Shown here piece after piece: positions 8,799-16,592 of a DNA stretch of 32,000 bases (its first letter is position 1; every line of letters starts with the position of its first letter). The notes under the pieces were generated by a model that was not told the origin of the DNA, did no database searches, and was given only the letters and a program-made list of their open reading frames with translations. Where the stretch lies: positions 1,290,001-1,322,000 of the forward strand of contig NZ_JAGIOS010000002.1 in the NCBI RefSeq assembly GCF_017876815.1. The letters are read 5' to 3'. Position numbers and translations under genes: made by a program. This DNA comes from Sinorhizobium meliloti. GTDB lineage: Bacteria; Pseudomonadota; Alphaproteobacteria; Rhizobiales; Rhizobiaceae.

Positions 8799-9042
8799 GA
8801 ATGGGAAAACGCTGCGCAATCGAATGGAACCCAGGTTTTTCAGGCGATCGCGAGGACAGATATCCGATTGTTGTTCGAACCCTTCGAAGTGATCACCGAA
8901 AACCTTCTCGACTTTATCGAGGAGGTCTACAACAAACGACGGCTCCATTCAGCGCGGCTACTTAGGCCCCAAAAGCCAAGGATCAACATCTTCGGCAGAC
9001 TGGCAATCAATAGCCTGCTCTATGTCCAAGGGGCGCACTCCA
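8799..9042 (+). pseudogene. Decayed 3' fragment of an IS3-family transposase (OrfB C-terminus) plus a probable right inverted repeat
   Basis: Translation from 8799: EWENAAQSNGTQVFQAIARTDIRLLFEPFEVITENLLDFIEEVYNKRRLHSA. After a frameshift it continues LGYLGPK / AKDQHLRQTGNQ* (TAG 9011-9013), the (Y/F)NxxRLHSxLGYLxP end of IS3-type DDE integrases. TGTCCAAGGGGCGCACTCCA ends in CA at 9042 and could be the IR. No N-terminal part is present. Confidence 0.5.
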
Positions 9043-9370
9043 ATAAGGGGCAATATTCAATTCCCTTCAACAAATCCCATTCCTGGGATCAGCGTTTTAA
9101 CCGTTGGGGAGGAAGATTGTTTCGCTGCTGCGCCACTGGAAAGACCGGCTGAAATCCCGTCTGTCGGAGAGTGTGCGCGACCGACCATCGGTGGGCGACA
9201 GCGGGGCCGATTGTAAGCTTCAACTTCTGTGTTCGGCTGCCTCAGCGCGAACGCGCCTGAGCTTGATGCGTCGACTTCGGCAATCGCTCTCGGGGTCACG
9301 GAAAATCGGCGCCCGGAACAAACGCCTTCCTGCTCGATTACAGGCAGACCTGCCACTTTACGGTCGTGGG

Positions 9371-9884
9371 ATGATGGTAAAAAACTCTCGGATAACGCTT
9401 TCATCGGCGCTGCTGGAGCCGCGAAAGGGAACGCCAAGTCCGCGGTTGGAGGAAGCCGAGTTTCGCCGTCGCTTCCTCAACCGGTTTCAGGATCCTGCCT
9501 TCGACAGTCTTCGGTCGGAACTGGATAAGGTAGCCTCGGCGGCTTGGGATGCCTATGAGCATCAGCGAAAAGCGCCTCGCACCCAAAAGGCCGGCGGCCC
9601 CATTCAAGGATCCGGAGTACGAGCTTTCCATCGACTGGCTTGCAGCGCGTGATGCGGTTCACGCCGCGCAATTGCGTCACCTGGATGCCAGGGGTCCAGC
9701 GCGCATCCATTGATCAGCGGGTCGTCCCGTAGCGAGCACACTTGTCCCGGCGAAATGTCGAAATCCTATCGGCTGATGCGGATCGCACAAGAAGCGATCG
9801 ATCAGGCGGCCGGGGTCAAGACGACAGTCCTCGAACTACATCGCCTTGCCGCCGAATACGGGCGAATGATCCACCCCTGCAAGG
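9371..9884 (+). pseudogene. Flavodoxin-family / iron-sulfur flavoprotein-like gene, 5' portion (two frameshifts, then IS insertion)
   Basis: MMVKNSRITLSSALLEPRKGTPSPRLEEAEFRRRFLNRFQDPAFDSLRSELDKVASAAWDAYEHQRKAPRTQKAG runs in frame 2. It shifts to frame 3 (PFKDPEYELSIDWLAARDAVHAAQLRHLDARGPARI), then returns to frame 2 (LISGSSRSEHTCPGEMSKSYRLMRIAQEAIDQAAGVKTTVLELHRLAAEYGRMIHPCK). It ends exactly at the IS21 junction. Confidence 0.65.
9878..9884. repeat. Target-site duplication, left copy (TGCAAGG)
   Basis: The identical heptamer TGCAAGG directly abuts both IS termini (9878-9884 and 12483-12489). Confidence 0.75.
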
Positions 9885-9888
9885 TGCA

Positions 9889-9982
9889 AATTCCGAGGCA
9901 ATCCGCCCCCTGATTCCGAAATGATCTCGCCCCCCAATTCCGAGAAATAGTCGCCCCCTGATTCCGAGATGATGCCGCCCCC
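9889..9982 (+). repeat. Four tandem ~23-bp subterminal repeats at the IS21 left end (probable transposase-binding sites)
   Basis: AATTCCGAGGCAATCCGCCCC / GATTCCGAAATGATCTCGCCCC / AATTCCGAGAAATAGTCGCCCC / GATTCCGAGATGATGCCGCCCC. Confidence 0.8.
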
Positions 9983-10055
9983 ATCGGAAAGCATCTGGCG
10001 TGGGTGTTCTGCTGGTGTGAAGTTTCTTCCTTCGACGTGACGAGGAAGGAACGGG

Positions 10056-11606
10056 ATGCCTGCGGAGAGACTGGAGATGCGGCGTGTCCGCGAGATATTG
10101 AGATATCGCTTCGAACAAGGACTTGGCCACAAGTCGATCGCGGTTCGGGTTGGAGCTGCGCCATCGACGGTGCGCGAGACGCTTCGGCGTGCGGCCATTG
10201 CGGAGCTATCGTGGCCGTTGGGTGACGACGTCAGCGATGCAGTCCTGGAAGCGGCGCTTTACAAGGCAGCCGGGACGAAGACGGGTCATCGTCGGAGCCC
10301 TGAGCCGGACTGGGCGCAGGTCCACCGCGAGCTGAAGCGCAAGCATATGACGCTGCAGATCCTTTGGGACGAATACATCAGCCGTTATCCGGAGGGCTAT
10401 CGCTACAGTCGCTTCTGTGACCTCTACCGCGGCTGGGCGATGAAGTTGCCTGTGACGATGCGGCAGGATCACGCGGCCGGCGACAAGCTGTTCGTCGACT
10501 ACGCCGGCGACACGGTCACGGTTGTCGTTGATCGGCTGTCCGGCAAGACACGGCAGGCGCACCTGTTCGTGGCGGTTCTGGGAGCATCCAGCCTTTCATA
10601 TGCGCAGGCACGTTGGAGCGAGGCGCTTCCCGACTGGATTGAATGCCATATCCTGGCGCTGGAGTACTTTGGCGGTGCGCCAGCCTTGCTGGTTCCCGAC
10701 AATGCCAAGGTAGCGATCATCAAGGCCTGCCACTTCGATCCCCAGGTCAACCGGACGTATTGCGGGATGGCGGCCCATTATGGCAGCGCCGTCTTGCCGA
10801 CGCGGCCGCGACGCCCGCGGGACAAGGCGAAAGTGGAAGCTGCGGTTCGTATCGTCGAACGCTGGCTATTGGGCCGGCTGCGCCATCGCATCTTCTATAG
10901 TTTGGCCGAGGTCAATGCGGCGATTGGCCAATTGCTCCATGATCTCAATGATAAGCGCGTTCTGCGCCGTGTCGGCGCCACGCGCCGCCAATTGTTCGAG
11001 GAGCTTGATCGTCCGGCTTTGCGACCGCTGCCTGTCGAACGTTATGTCTTTGCCGAATGGCGTATCCGGCGCGCCGGGCTGGATTATCACGTCGAGATCG
11101 AGCGGCACTATTATTCCGTTCCCTATCGCTTTGCCCGCGAGCAGGTCGAGGCTCGTATCACCGCCAATACGATCGAGATCTTCCACAAGGGCGAGCGAAT
11201 TGCCGCTCACCGGCGCTCCAGCGGCAACGGCAAGCACACGACGATCCCCGATCATATGCCCTCTGCGCATCGCCGCTTTGCCGACTGGACGATTGAACGG
11301 ATTCAACGCGAAGCCTCTGCGATGGGGCCGGATGTTGCGCTGTTGTGCGAGCGCATTCTTGCCGACAGGCCTCATCCCGAGCAGGGCTTTCGAGCTTGCC
11401 TCGGCATCATCCGCCTCAACAAGAGCTTCGGCCGCGACAGGGTCAATGCCGCTTGCGGCCGTGCGTTGGAGATTGGCGCACGAACCTATGGCTCGGTGCG
11501 ATCCATCCTCGACAATCACCTTGACCGGACGGCTGCCTCAAATGGAGCGGCGCCGCATGAACCGATCCATCACGCCAACATCCGCGGACCTCGCTATTAC
11601 CACTAA
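10056..11606 (+). CDS. istA: IS21-family transposase IstA
   Basis: 516 aa. N-terminal HTH (GLGHKSIAVRVGAAPSTVRETLRR), then KLFVDYAGDTV...HLFVAVLGASS...LVPDNAKVAI, typical of the IstA DDE catalytic region. AGGAAGGAA SD lies upstream. Confidence 0.92.
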   Translation: MPAERLEMRRVREILRYRFEQGLGHKSIAVRVGAAPSTVRETLRRAAIAELSWPLGDDVSDAVLEAALYKAAGTKTGHRRSPEPDWAQVHRELKRKHMTLQILWDEYISRYPEGYRYSRFCDLYRGWAMKLPVTMRQDHAAGDKLFVDYAGDTVTVVVDRLSGKTRQAHLFVAVLGASSLSYAQARWSEALPDWIECHILALEYFGGAPALLVPDNAKVAIIKACHFDPQVNRTYCGMAAHYGSAVLPTRPRRPRDKAKVEAAVRIVERWLLGRLRHRIFYSLAEVNAAIGQLLHDLNDKRVLRRVGATRRQLFEELDRPALRPLPVERYVFAEWRIRRAGLDYHVEIERHYYSVPYRFAREQVEARITANTIEIFHKGERIAAHRRSSGNGKHTTIPDHMPSAHRRFADWTIERIQREASAMGPDVALLCERILADRPHPEQGFRACLGIIRLNKSFGRDRVNAACGRALEIGARTYGSVRSILDNHLDRTAASNGAAPHEPIHHANIRGPRYYH

Positions 11607-11618
11607 GGAGAACGAAAG

Positions 11619-12356
11619 ATGCTTGCCCATCCAACACTGGATAAATTGAATGCCATGGGCCTGGCCGGCATGGCAAAGGCCTTTGGCGAACTTGTTGCCA
11701 ACGGCGAAGCCGAACATCTCTCGCACGCCGAATGGCTCGGACTGCTGCTCGAACGGGAGTGGAGCTCCCGTTACGATCGGAAGCTTGCGGCACGCCTCAG
11801 GTTTGCCAAGCTTCGCCACCAGGCCACCCCAGAAGATGTCGACTATCGCGCCGACCGCGGCCTCGACCGTGCTCTCTTCATGAAGCTGCTCGGTGGCGAC
11901 TGGATCAACGCCCATGACAATCTGGCCATTTGCGGACCCTCGGGTGTCGGAAAGAGTTGGTTGGCTTGCGCTCTCGGCCACAAGGCTTGCCGAGACGATC
12001 GCTCAGTTCTCTATCAGCGTGTCCCAAGGCTGTTTGCCCAGCTTGCGCTCGCGCGTGGTGATGGCCGCTACGCCCGCCTGCAACGGACCTTAGGCCATGT
12101 TCAGCTCCTGATACTGGATGATTGGGGGCTCGAGCCGCTCAACGAACAGGCCCGCCACGACCTGCTGGAAATCCTCGAAGATCGCTATGGACGCAAATCA
12201 ACGATCATTACCAGCCAACTTCCCGTGTCCGCATGGCACGGCGTCATTGGCGACCCAACCTACGCCGATGCCATACTCGACAGGTTGGTCCACAATGCCC
12301 ACCGCATCGAATTGAGCGGCGATAGTCTGCGCCGAAATCTACCGCGCAAAGCTTGA
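11619..12356 (+). CDS. istB: IS21-family helper ATPase IstB
   Basis: 245 aa. Walker A GPSGVGKSW, Walker B LLILDDWG, IstB-like end AILDRLVHNAHRIELSGDSLRR. AAGGAGAA SD lies upstream. Confidence 0.92.
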   Translation: MLAHPTLDKLNAMGLAGMAKAFGELVANGEAEHLSHAEWLGLLLEREWSSRYDRKLAARLRFAKLRHQATPEDVDYRADRGLDRALFMKLLGGDWINAHDNLAICGPSGVGKSWLACALGHKACRDDRSVLYQRVPRLFAQLALARGDGRYARLQRTLGHVQLLILDDWGLEPLNEQARHDLLEILEDRYGRKSTIITSQLPVSAWHGVIGDPTYADAILDRLVHNAHRIELSGDSLRRNLPRKA

Positions 12357-12409
12357 CACCTCGCCTGAATGAACTGACAACAATCATCGCCTGCAGACCC
12401 CACTAAACA

Positions 12410-12482
12410 GGGGGCGAGATCATCCCGGAAACCGGGGGCGCAATCATCTCGGAACAAAGGGGCGGCTTCATCGGAATCGGCA
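12410..12482 (+). repeat. Three inverted copies of the subterminal repeat at the IS21 right end
   Basis: GGGGGCGAGATCATCCCGGAA / GGGGGCGCAATCATCTCGGAA / GGGGCGGCTTCATCGGAATCGGCA are reverse-complement versions of the left-end repeats. Confidence 0.8.
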
Positions 12483-12489
12483 TGCAAGG
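12483..12489. repeat. Target-site duplication, right copy (TGCAAGG)
   Basis: See the left copy. Removing the IS and one copy restores ...IHPCKACFSTSPALCHWPCSCYPNYSLGQVDDWMNEIYPMW... in one frame. Confidence 0.75.
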
Positions 12490-13088
12490 CTTGCTTTTCC
12501 ACTTCGCCGGCGCTCTGTCACTGGCCATGCTCTTGCTATCCCAACTATTCGCTTGGACAGGTCGACGACTGGATGAACGAGATCTATCCGATGTGGGTCG
12601 AGGCCCACGGCATCATGATTGTCACCCCGGTCAATTGGTACCAGGTCTCGTCCCCGATAAAACTGATGATGGACCGGTTGGTTTGCGCTGACGGCGGCAA
12701 CCCGGATCCGACCGCAACGCAGGGTAAAGATGCGAAGCTTGCCAAGGCGCTCGAGCTCGAAGGCTGGAACTACCCTCGGCATCTCGCAGGACGGCTCTTT
12801 TCAGTTATCGTTCATGGTGACGTGGAGGGAGCGGAGAACGTTCGGCGCAGCCTGTCAGACTGGCTTTGCTACATGCATCTGGAACCCGCCGGTCCATTGG
12901 CGGAGTTGGATCGGTATATCGGCTATTGGAAACCCTACGCATTGAGCCATGAAGAATTGGATGCCGACGAGGCGGTGCAGGAAGAGGTACGCAACGCAGC
13001 GCGAACATTGGTTGAGGCGGTTAGCGCCAAGCGAGCCGGAAAGCTGGTTTCGGCAGGAAGACAGCTTTCGGCGCCACGGCAAAAGTAG
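12490..13088 (+). pseudogene. Flavodoxin-family / iron-sulfur flavoprotein-like gene, 3' portion
   Basis: The frame is continuous with 9371-9884 once the IS is excised. It reads ACFSTSPALCHWPCSCYPNYSLGQVDDWMNEIYPMWVEAHGIMIVTPVNWYQVSSPIKLMMDRLVCADGGNPDP...VIVHGD. This is a Cys cluster followed by a flavodoxin-like fold block, as I recall it from rhizobial flavodoxin family proteins. Confidence 0.7.
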
Positions 13089-13314
13089 TCGAAGGTTTGA
13101 GGTTATTTACGCCTTTGCAGGAGATTACCCCGGCAGAAAGGCATCCGGTCGTCCGCAAGCCGAATAGACCATCGGCGGAGCTCCGGACCCCCAATGCTCT
13201 GCCCTCGAATCAGAGTGCAGCGCTCAGCCCGCAAAGATTGCTCTATCCGACCGCCTCGCCAATGATTCTGGCCCCCCCGACGGTCCATGTCTCAGTGAGG
13301 ATGCATCGATCGAA

Positions 13315-13339
13315 GGAACAAGTTGCCTGACGCCCCGTT
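13315..13339 (+). promoter_or_regulatory. EcfG-type (general stress response ECF sigma) promoter candidate
   Basis: GGAAC (13315-13319), a 16-nt spacer, CGTT (13336-13339), about 40 nt upstream of the PRC-barrel ATG. It matches the alphaproteobacterial GGAAC-N16/17-CGTT consensus exactly. Confidence 0.6.
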
Positions 13340-13380
13340 AGGCACCTGCTCTGTTACGCCAGCCTTAAGGAGGAACGAAG

Positions 13381-13749
13381 ATGGTGAACCCGGATCTACA
13401 CGAATCACACGATCTTATCGCCAGCGATAAGGTGGTAGGCACCGCCGTCTATGACATGAATGGGGAAAACGTCGGCTCTATCGAGCGGATCATCCTGGAA
13501 AAGCGCGGCGGCCGCGTCGCATATGCTGTGATGAGTTTCGGCGGCATACTCGGTATTGGACATGAGCATTACCCGCTTCCATGGGAAATGCTTGATTACA
13601 ATACGGACCTTAGTGGGTTCCAAGTGAACATCACCAAGGAGCAGGTCGAGGGTGCTCCGAGATATCCTGCGGGCCAGGATTACGATTGGAGTCCCGAGAG
13701 CGGCCGCCGCGTCTACGACTACTACGGAATCGCACCGTATTGGGTATGA
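13381..13749 (+). CDS. PRC-barrel domain protein
   Basis: 122 aa. LIASDKVVGTAVYDMNGENVGSIERIILEKRGGRVAYAVMSFGGILGIGHEHYPLPWEML is the classic PRC-barrel pattern. A strong SD, AAGGAGGAA, sits 6 nt upstream of the ATG. Confidence 0.9.
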   Translation: MVNPDLHESHDLIASDKVVGTAVYDMNGENVGSIERIILEKRGGRVAYAVMSFGGILGIGHEHYPLPWEMLDYNTDLSGFQVNITKEQVEGAPRYPAGQDYDWSPESGRRVYDYYGIAPYWV

Positions 13750-14329
13750 GCCACCGTTGGTCCGAGCCGACCGCCGCCTCTTCACTGTTGAACGCTGTCG
13801 CGGCGGAGTCTGTGGTCCGCCGTTTCTGTCCAACGAAAGAGCGGGCGACGAAGGACGTCGAGGTGCTGGGTACGGCCAGATAGCAACGAGGCGCTTGCTT
13901 TGGGCAGTTTCGCGGATGGGAGCTCAAGGTCTATCGGCGCTCGGATGACATGGGGAAAGTCGTGATGCGTATGACGCGCGTACCGCGGCCGACCCCTTCG
14001 TCTTGCAAAGGGTCGTGACAGCCGAAACTTCCGAAATTGATCCGAAGCGCACGGCTCCCGTCCTCGACTTCTTGAAGTCGGCAGCATGAGCGGACCGTTT
14101 CCGGCCTGAACGGTCGCTGACGAAGTCTATTCGGTTAAAGCAGTGTCGAAGGAACTGCGCACGAGCTGACCGTCGATCCACTCGGAACCGATGATGCGCA
14201 TGCTGATTATCGGCTGCAGCATGGATGTCCGGTCGAGGCGCCCGCTCTCTAAGGTAGCCCTTGTTGCATCAGACAGGATACGCTCCTTGCCGCGTCCAGC
14301 AGCTCGGCTTCGGATTATGCTCCGGCCGC

Positions 14330-14854
14330 TTATCTTGCTGACCCACCCGGTGACACCAGCCAGTGGTCGAGCGACAGCCTCCCCGCGCCCCAGGTAATCA
14401 AACCAAGCGCCATCGCCGCCCAAGTCAGATGAATGGGCCAGCCATCCGGAACGGTGAGCTGGATGACGATGGCCATTGCGAGGAGGCCAAGCGCGGCAAG
14501 GCGTGTCGCCAAGCCCAAGGCCAAAAAGATTGGCAGCATAACTTCGGCGGAGGCAACCACACAGGCAGTCGCCGCCGGTGCCGGGAAAGGATAGGGGCCT
14601 CCCGGCAGGTGAAGCTGGAATTCCGACGTGAACAGAAGAACGGCAACGTCGTTGAGCTCAAGAAAGCCATCCCATTTGCCCAGGCCGGAGCGCCAGAAGG
14701 GCACGGCAAGCGCCAATCGCAAGGCGAGTTGGGCGAGTGATGCCGGGGCGATGGCGGCGATCATGCCATCGATCTTGGCCGCCCAACGTCTCACTTTCCG
14801 GTTTCTGTGTCTGGCGAGGAAGGTTCGTACCGAGGTCACCTTTTCACCCTCCAT
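14330..14854 (-). CDS. DoxX-family integral membrane protein (last gene of the bufferin-type operon)
   Basis: LRLALAVPFWRSGLGKWDGF...ASAEVMLPIFLALGLATRLAALGLLAMAIVIQL...GAGRLSLDHWL is the DoxX pattern. Start choices are TTG 14869, ATG 14854 and GTG 14839 (GGAGG 7 nt upstream of the GTG). It overlaps or abuts the bufC stop at 14844-14846. Confidence 0.85.
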   Translation of the reverse strand: MEGEKVTSVRTFLARHRNRKVRRWAAKIDGMIAAIAPASLAQLALRLALAVPFWRSGLGKWDGFLELNDVAVLLFTSEFQLHLPGGPYPFPAPAATACVVASAEVMLPIFLALGLATRLAALGLLAMAIVIQLTVPDGWPIHLTWAAMALGLITWGAGRLSLDHWLVSPGGSAR

Positions 14855-15644
14855 GGCGGATAGCCGCAAAAGCGCCGGCCTCCAGCATCACCCTGATGGC
14901 GGTCGCGAGATCGAAATTCCGGCAGCAAGCGTGCCCCGCAACCGCAGCACGTCCGAATGGTTCGCCTTCAAGGAGACTGCCGACGAAGATGTCGACCCCC
15001 CGCGAAAGAGCGCGGACCTCCACCTCGAGCGACGGCCGCGTAATCAACGCGGTTTCCGGCACACTAGCCTCGATGCGCCCGACTGGACCATCCCCGCGAT
15101 TTGCCAAGAACACCGTCACTGCTGGATAGGCGGAGCGGACGACGCCGGTCGCCGGGTGCGGTTCGAAGACCAGGTTGGCGAGTTCAGTGGGCTTTGCCGT
15201 CGCCAACACGTGCGGCAGCAGGGCGGCTGCGTCTGCCGCATGATAGGCGTCGAGCCAGGCCCGCTCGATCCGTGCGATGTCGGCTAGCCACGGCATCGGC
15301 CTGGCATAGGCGTAGCGTTCTATGAAATCGGGAAAATCCTGGCCGTATTCGAAGAGGAGCGGCGATTTCGGTGGCATCTCGCGGATATGGAACCGGGCCA
15401 TGGCCCGGAAGAATGCGTCGCCGGTGATGCGCCTCGTCGCTGGGAACGTGGCAGCGAGCGCCTCGATGAGGCTTACCGTCACATTGTTGCGGTAGACATT
15501 GAAGCGCCTGTCGGCTGCCTTGCTGTGAGGGCCCGTAAGGAGCGTCGGTGTTGGGCAAGCGGGATCGAGTAGCCCGGCGACGAACGGGGCAGGATAGTCG
15601 AGGTCGTCGGCCGCCTCTAGGAAACAGTCCCTAACCTCGCACAT
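14844..15644 (-). CDS. bufC: DUF2063-family partner protein of the DUF692 enzyme (BufC/MbnC-like role)
   Basis: RRFNVYRNNVTVSLIEALAATFPATRRITGDAFFRAMARFHIREMPPKSPLLFEYGQDFPDFIERY matches the DUF2063 N-terminal pattern. ATG 15644 is preceded by AGGAGA at 6 nt and overlaps the upstream gene by 14 nt. The track start at 15674 is less likely. Confidence 0.85.
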   Translation of the reverse strand: MCEVRDCFLEAADDLDYPAPFVAGLLDPACPTPTLLTGPHSKAADRRFNVYRNNVTVSLIEALAATFPATRRITGDAFFRAMARFHIREMPPKSPLLFEYGQDFPDFIERYAYARPMPWLADIARIERAWLDAYHAADAAALLPHVLATAKPTELANLVFEPHPATGVVRSAYPAVTVFLANRGDGPVGRIEASVPETALITRPSLEVEVRALSRGVDIFVGSLLEGEPFGRAAVAGHACCRNFDLATAIRVMLEAGAFAAIRHGG

Positions 15645-16584
15645 GCAATGTCTCCTGTCGGAGGCCAGCAGCATGGCGGTTCATGAGCATTTGGGCGGCC
15701 TGCGCCTCACGTTTCAATATTGGCCAGTCCGGTATCGCGCTATCCCATTCGACTAACGTCGGAATCGGGCCACATAGGGCGATCACCACGTCGAAGAGCT
15801 TCCACACCGCGTCGGCTACCGGCTTGTCGTGGCTGTCGATCAGCAGGAGATCGCCTTCGTCATCCTGCTGCTCCGTATGACCGGCCAGGTGAATCTCGCC
15901 GACATGGGCCATCGGGAAGTCGGACAGATAGTCTAGGGCGGAAAAGCCATGATTGGCGGCCGAAACGAAGACATTGTTGATGTCAAGCAACAGACCGCAT
16001 CCTGTGCGTCTCACCAGTGCCCGGATGAACGCCGTTTCGCTCATCGTCGATTCCTTGAAGAGCAGGTAGCTCGAGGGATTTTCCAGTAAGAGCGGCCGTC
16101 CGATCACCTCCTGTACCTCGTTGATGTGCTCTGCGACCCGCTGCAAGCTTGCCTCGGTATAAGGTAAGGGCAAGAGATCGTTGTAGTAGGTCGTGTCGTG
16201 CGTCGACCACGCCAGATGTTCCGAGACGAGCGCCGGCTCGTATCGCTTGACGAGGGCAGCGAAGCGGGCGAGATGACCTTTGTCCAATGACTGCGGCCCA
16301 CCGATAGACATGCACACGCCGTGAAGCGAGACTGGATAGTCCTCGCGTATTTTCGTCAGTGCGGCATGCGGCGGGCCGCCTGCTCCCATGTAGTTTTCCG
16401 CATGAACTTCGAAAAAGCCGCCAGTCCACTCGTCGTCAGCGAGAATGGCCGGCAGATGCTGGTGCTTAAAGCTGGTGCCAGCCAGCCCATCGACCGGATG
16501 CGCCGGAAAGAGAGGAATTCCCAGCTGAGCGCGATCCGCGTGAATAGTCAGTTCCGTCACTGTCGCCTCCACTTTCCGGCTCAT
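15631..16584 (-). CDS. bufB: DUF692 / MbnB-family metalloenzyme (RiPP Cys-modifying oxidase, BufB-like)
   Basis: 317 aa, TIM-barrel family. Motifs: FFEVHAENY, YPVSLHGVCMSIGG, LVSEHLAW, LLLENPSSY, GLLLDINNVFV, GEIHLAGH, LLIDSHD, TLVEWD. An alternative GTG start at 16560 has GGAGG 5 nt upstream. It begins 8 nt after the precursor gene stop. Confidence 0.9.
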   Translation of the reverse strand: MSRKVEATVTELTIHADRAQLGIPLFPAHPVDGLAGTSFKHQHLPAILADDEWTGGFFEVHAENYMGAGGPPHAALTKIREDYPVSLHGVCMSIGGPQSLDKGHLARFAALVKRYEPALVSEHLAWSTHDTTYYNDLLPLPYTEASLQRVAEHINEVQEVIGRPLLLENPSSYLLFKESTMSETAFIRALVRRTGCGLLLDINNVFVSAANHGFSALDYLSDFPMAHVGEIHLAGHTEQQDDEGDLLLIDSHDKPVADAVWKLFDVVIALCGPIPTLVEWDSAIPDWPILKREAQAAQMLMNRHAAGLRQETLHVRG

Positions 16585-16592
16585 CGTTGCGA

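Larger units (their letters stand above)
9885..12482 (+). mobile_element. Intact IS21-family insertion sequence (2598 bp)
   Basis: It starts with TG and ends with CA. The termini are imperfect inverted repeats: TGCAAATTCCGAGGCAATCCGCCCC versus the reverse complement of GGGGCGGCTTCATCGGAATCGGCA. It contains istA and istB 12 nt apart, is flanked by a 7-bp TSD, and interrupts an otherwise continuous reading frame. Confidence 0.9.

Noticed and set aside
9889-9982. Four regularly spaced ~23-bp repeats that could suggest a mini CRISPR array
   Set aside because: The units are contiguous with essentially no spacers. They recur inverted at the other IS end and lie inside the IS21 termini, so they are transposase-binding repeats.
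10780-11649. 289-aa plus-strand alternative-frame ORF and 217-aa minus-strand ORF (10866-11519) within istA
   Set aside because: The istA frame carries the recognisable IS21 transposase sequence. The others are Arg/Ser/Ala-rich shadows.
14127-14423. 98-aa minus-strand ORF downstream of and overlapping the DoxX 3' end
   Set aside because: Its start lies inside the DoxX coding region. Only the last ~30 residues (..MRIIGSEWIDGQLVRSSFDTAL) vaguely resemble an NTF2/SnoaL-like C-terminus. There is no start codon after the DoxX stop that would give a plausible protein, so at best it is a remnant.
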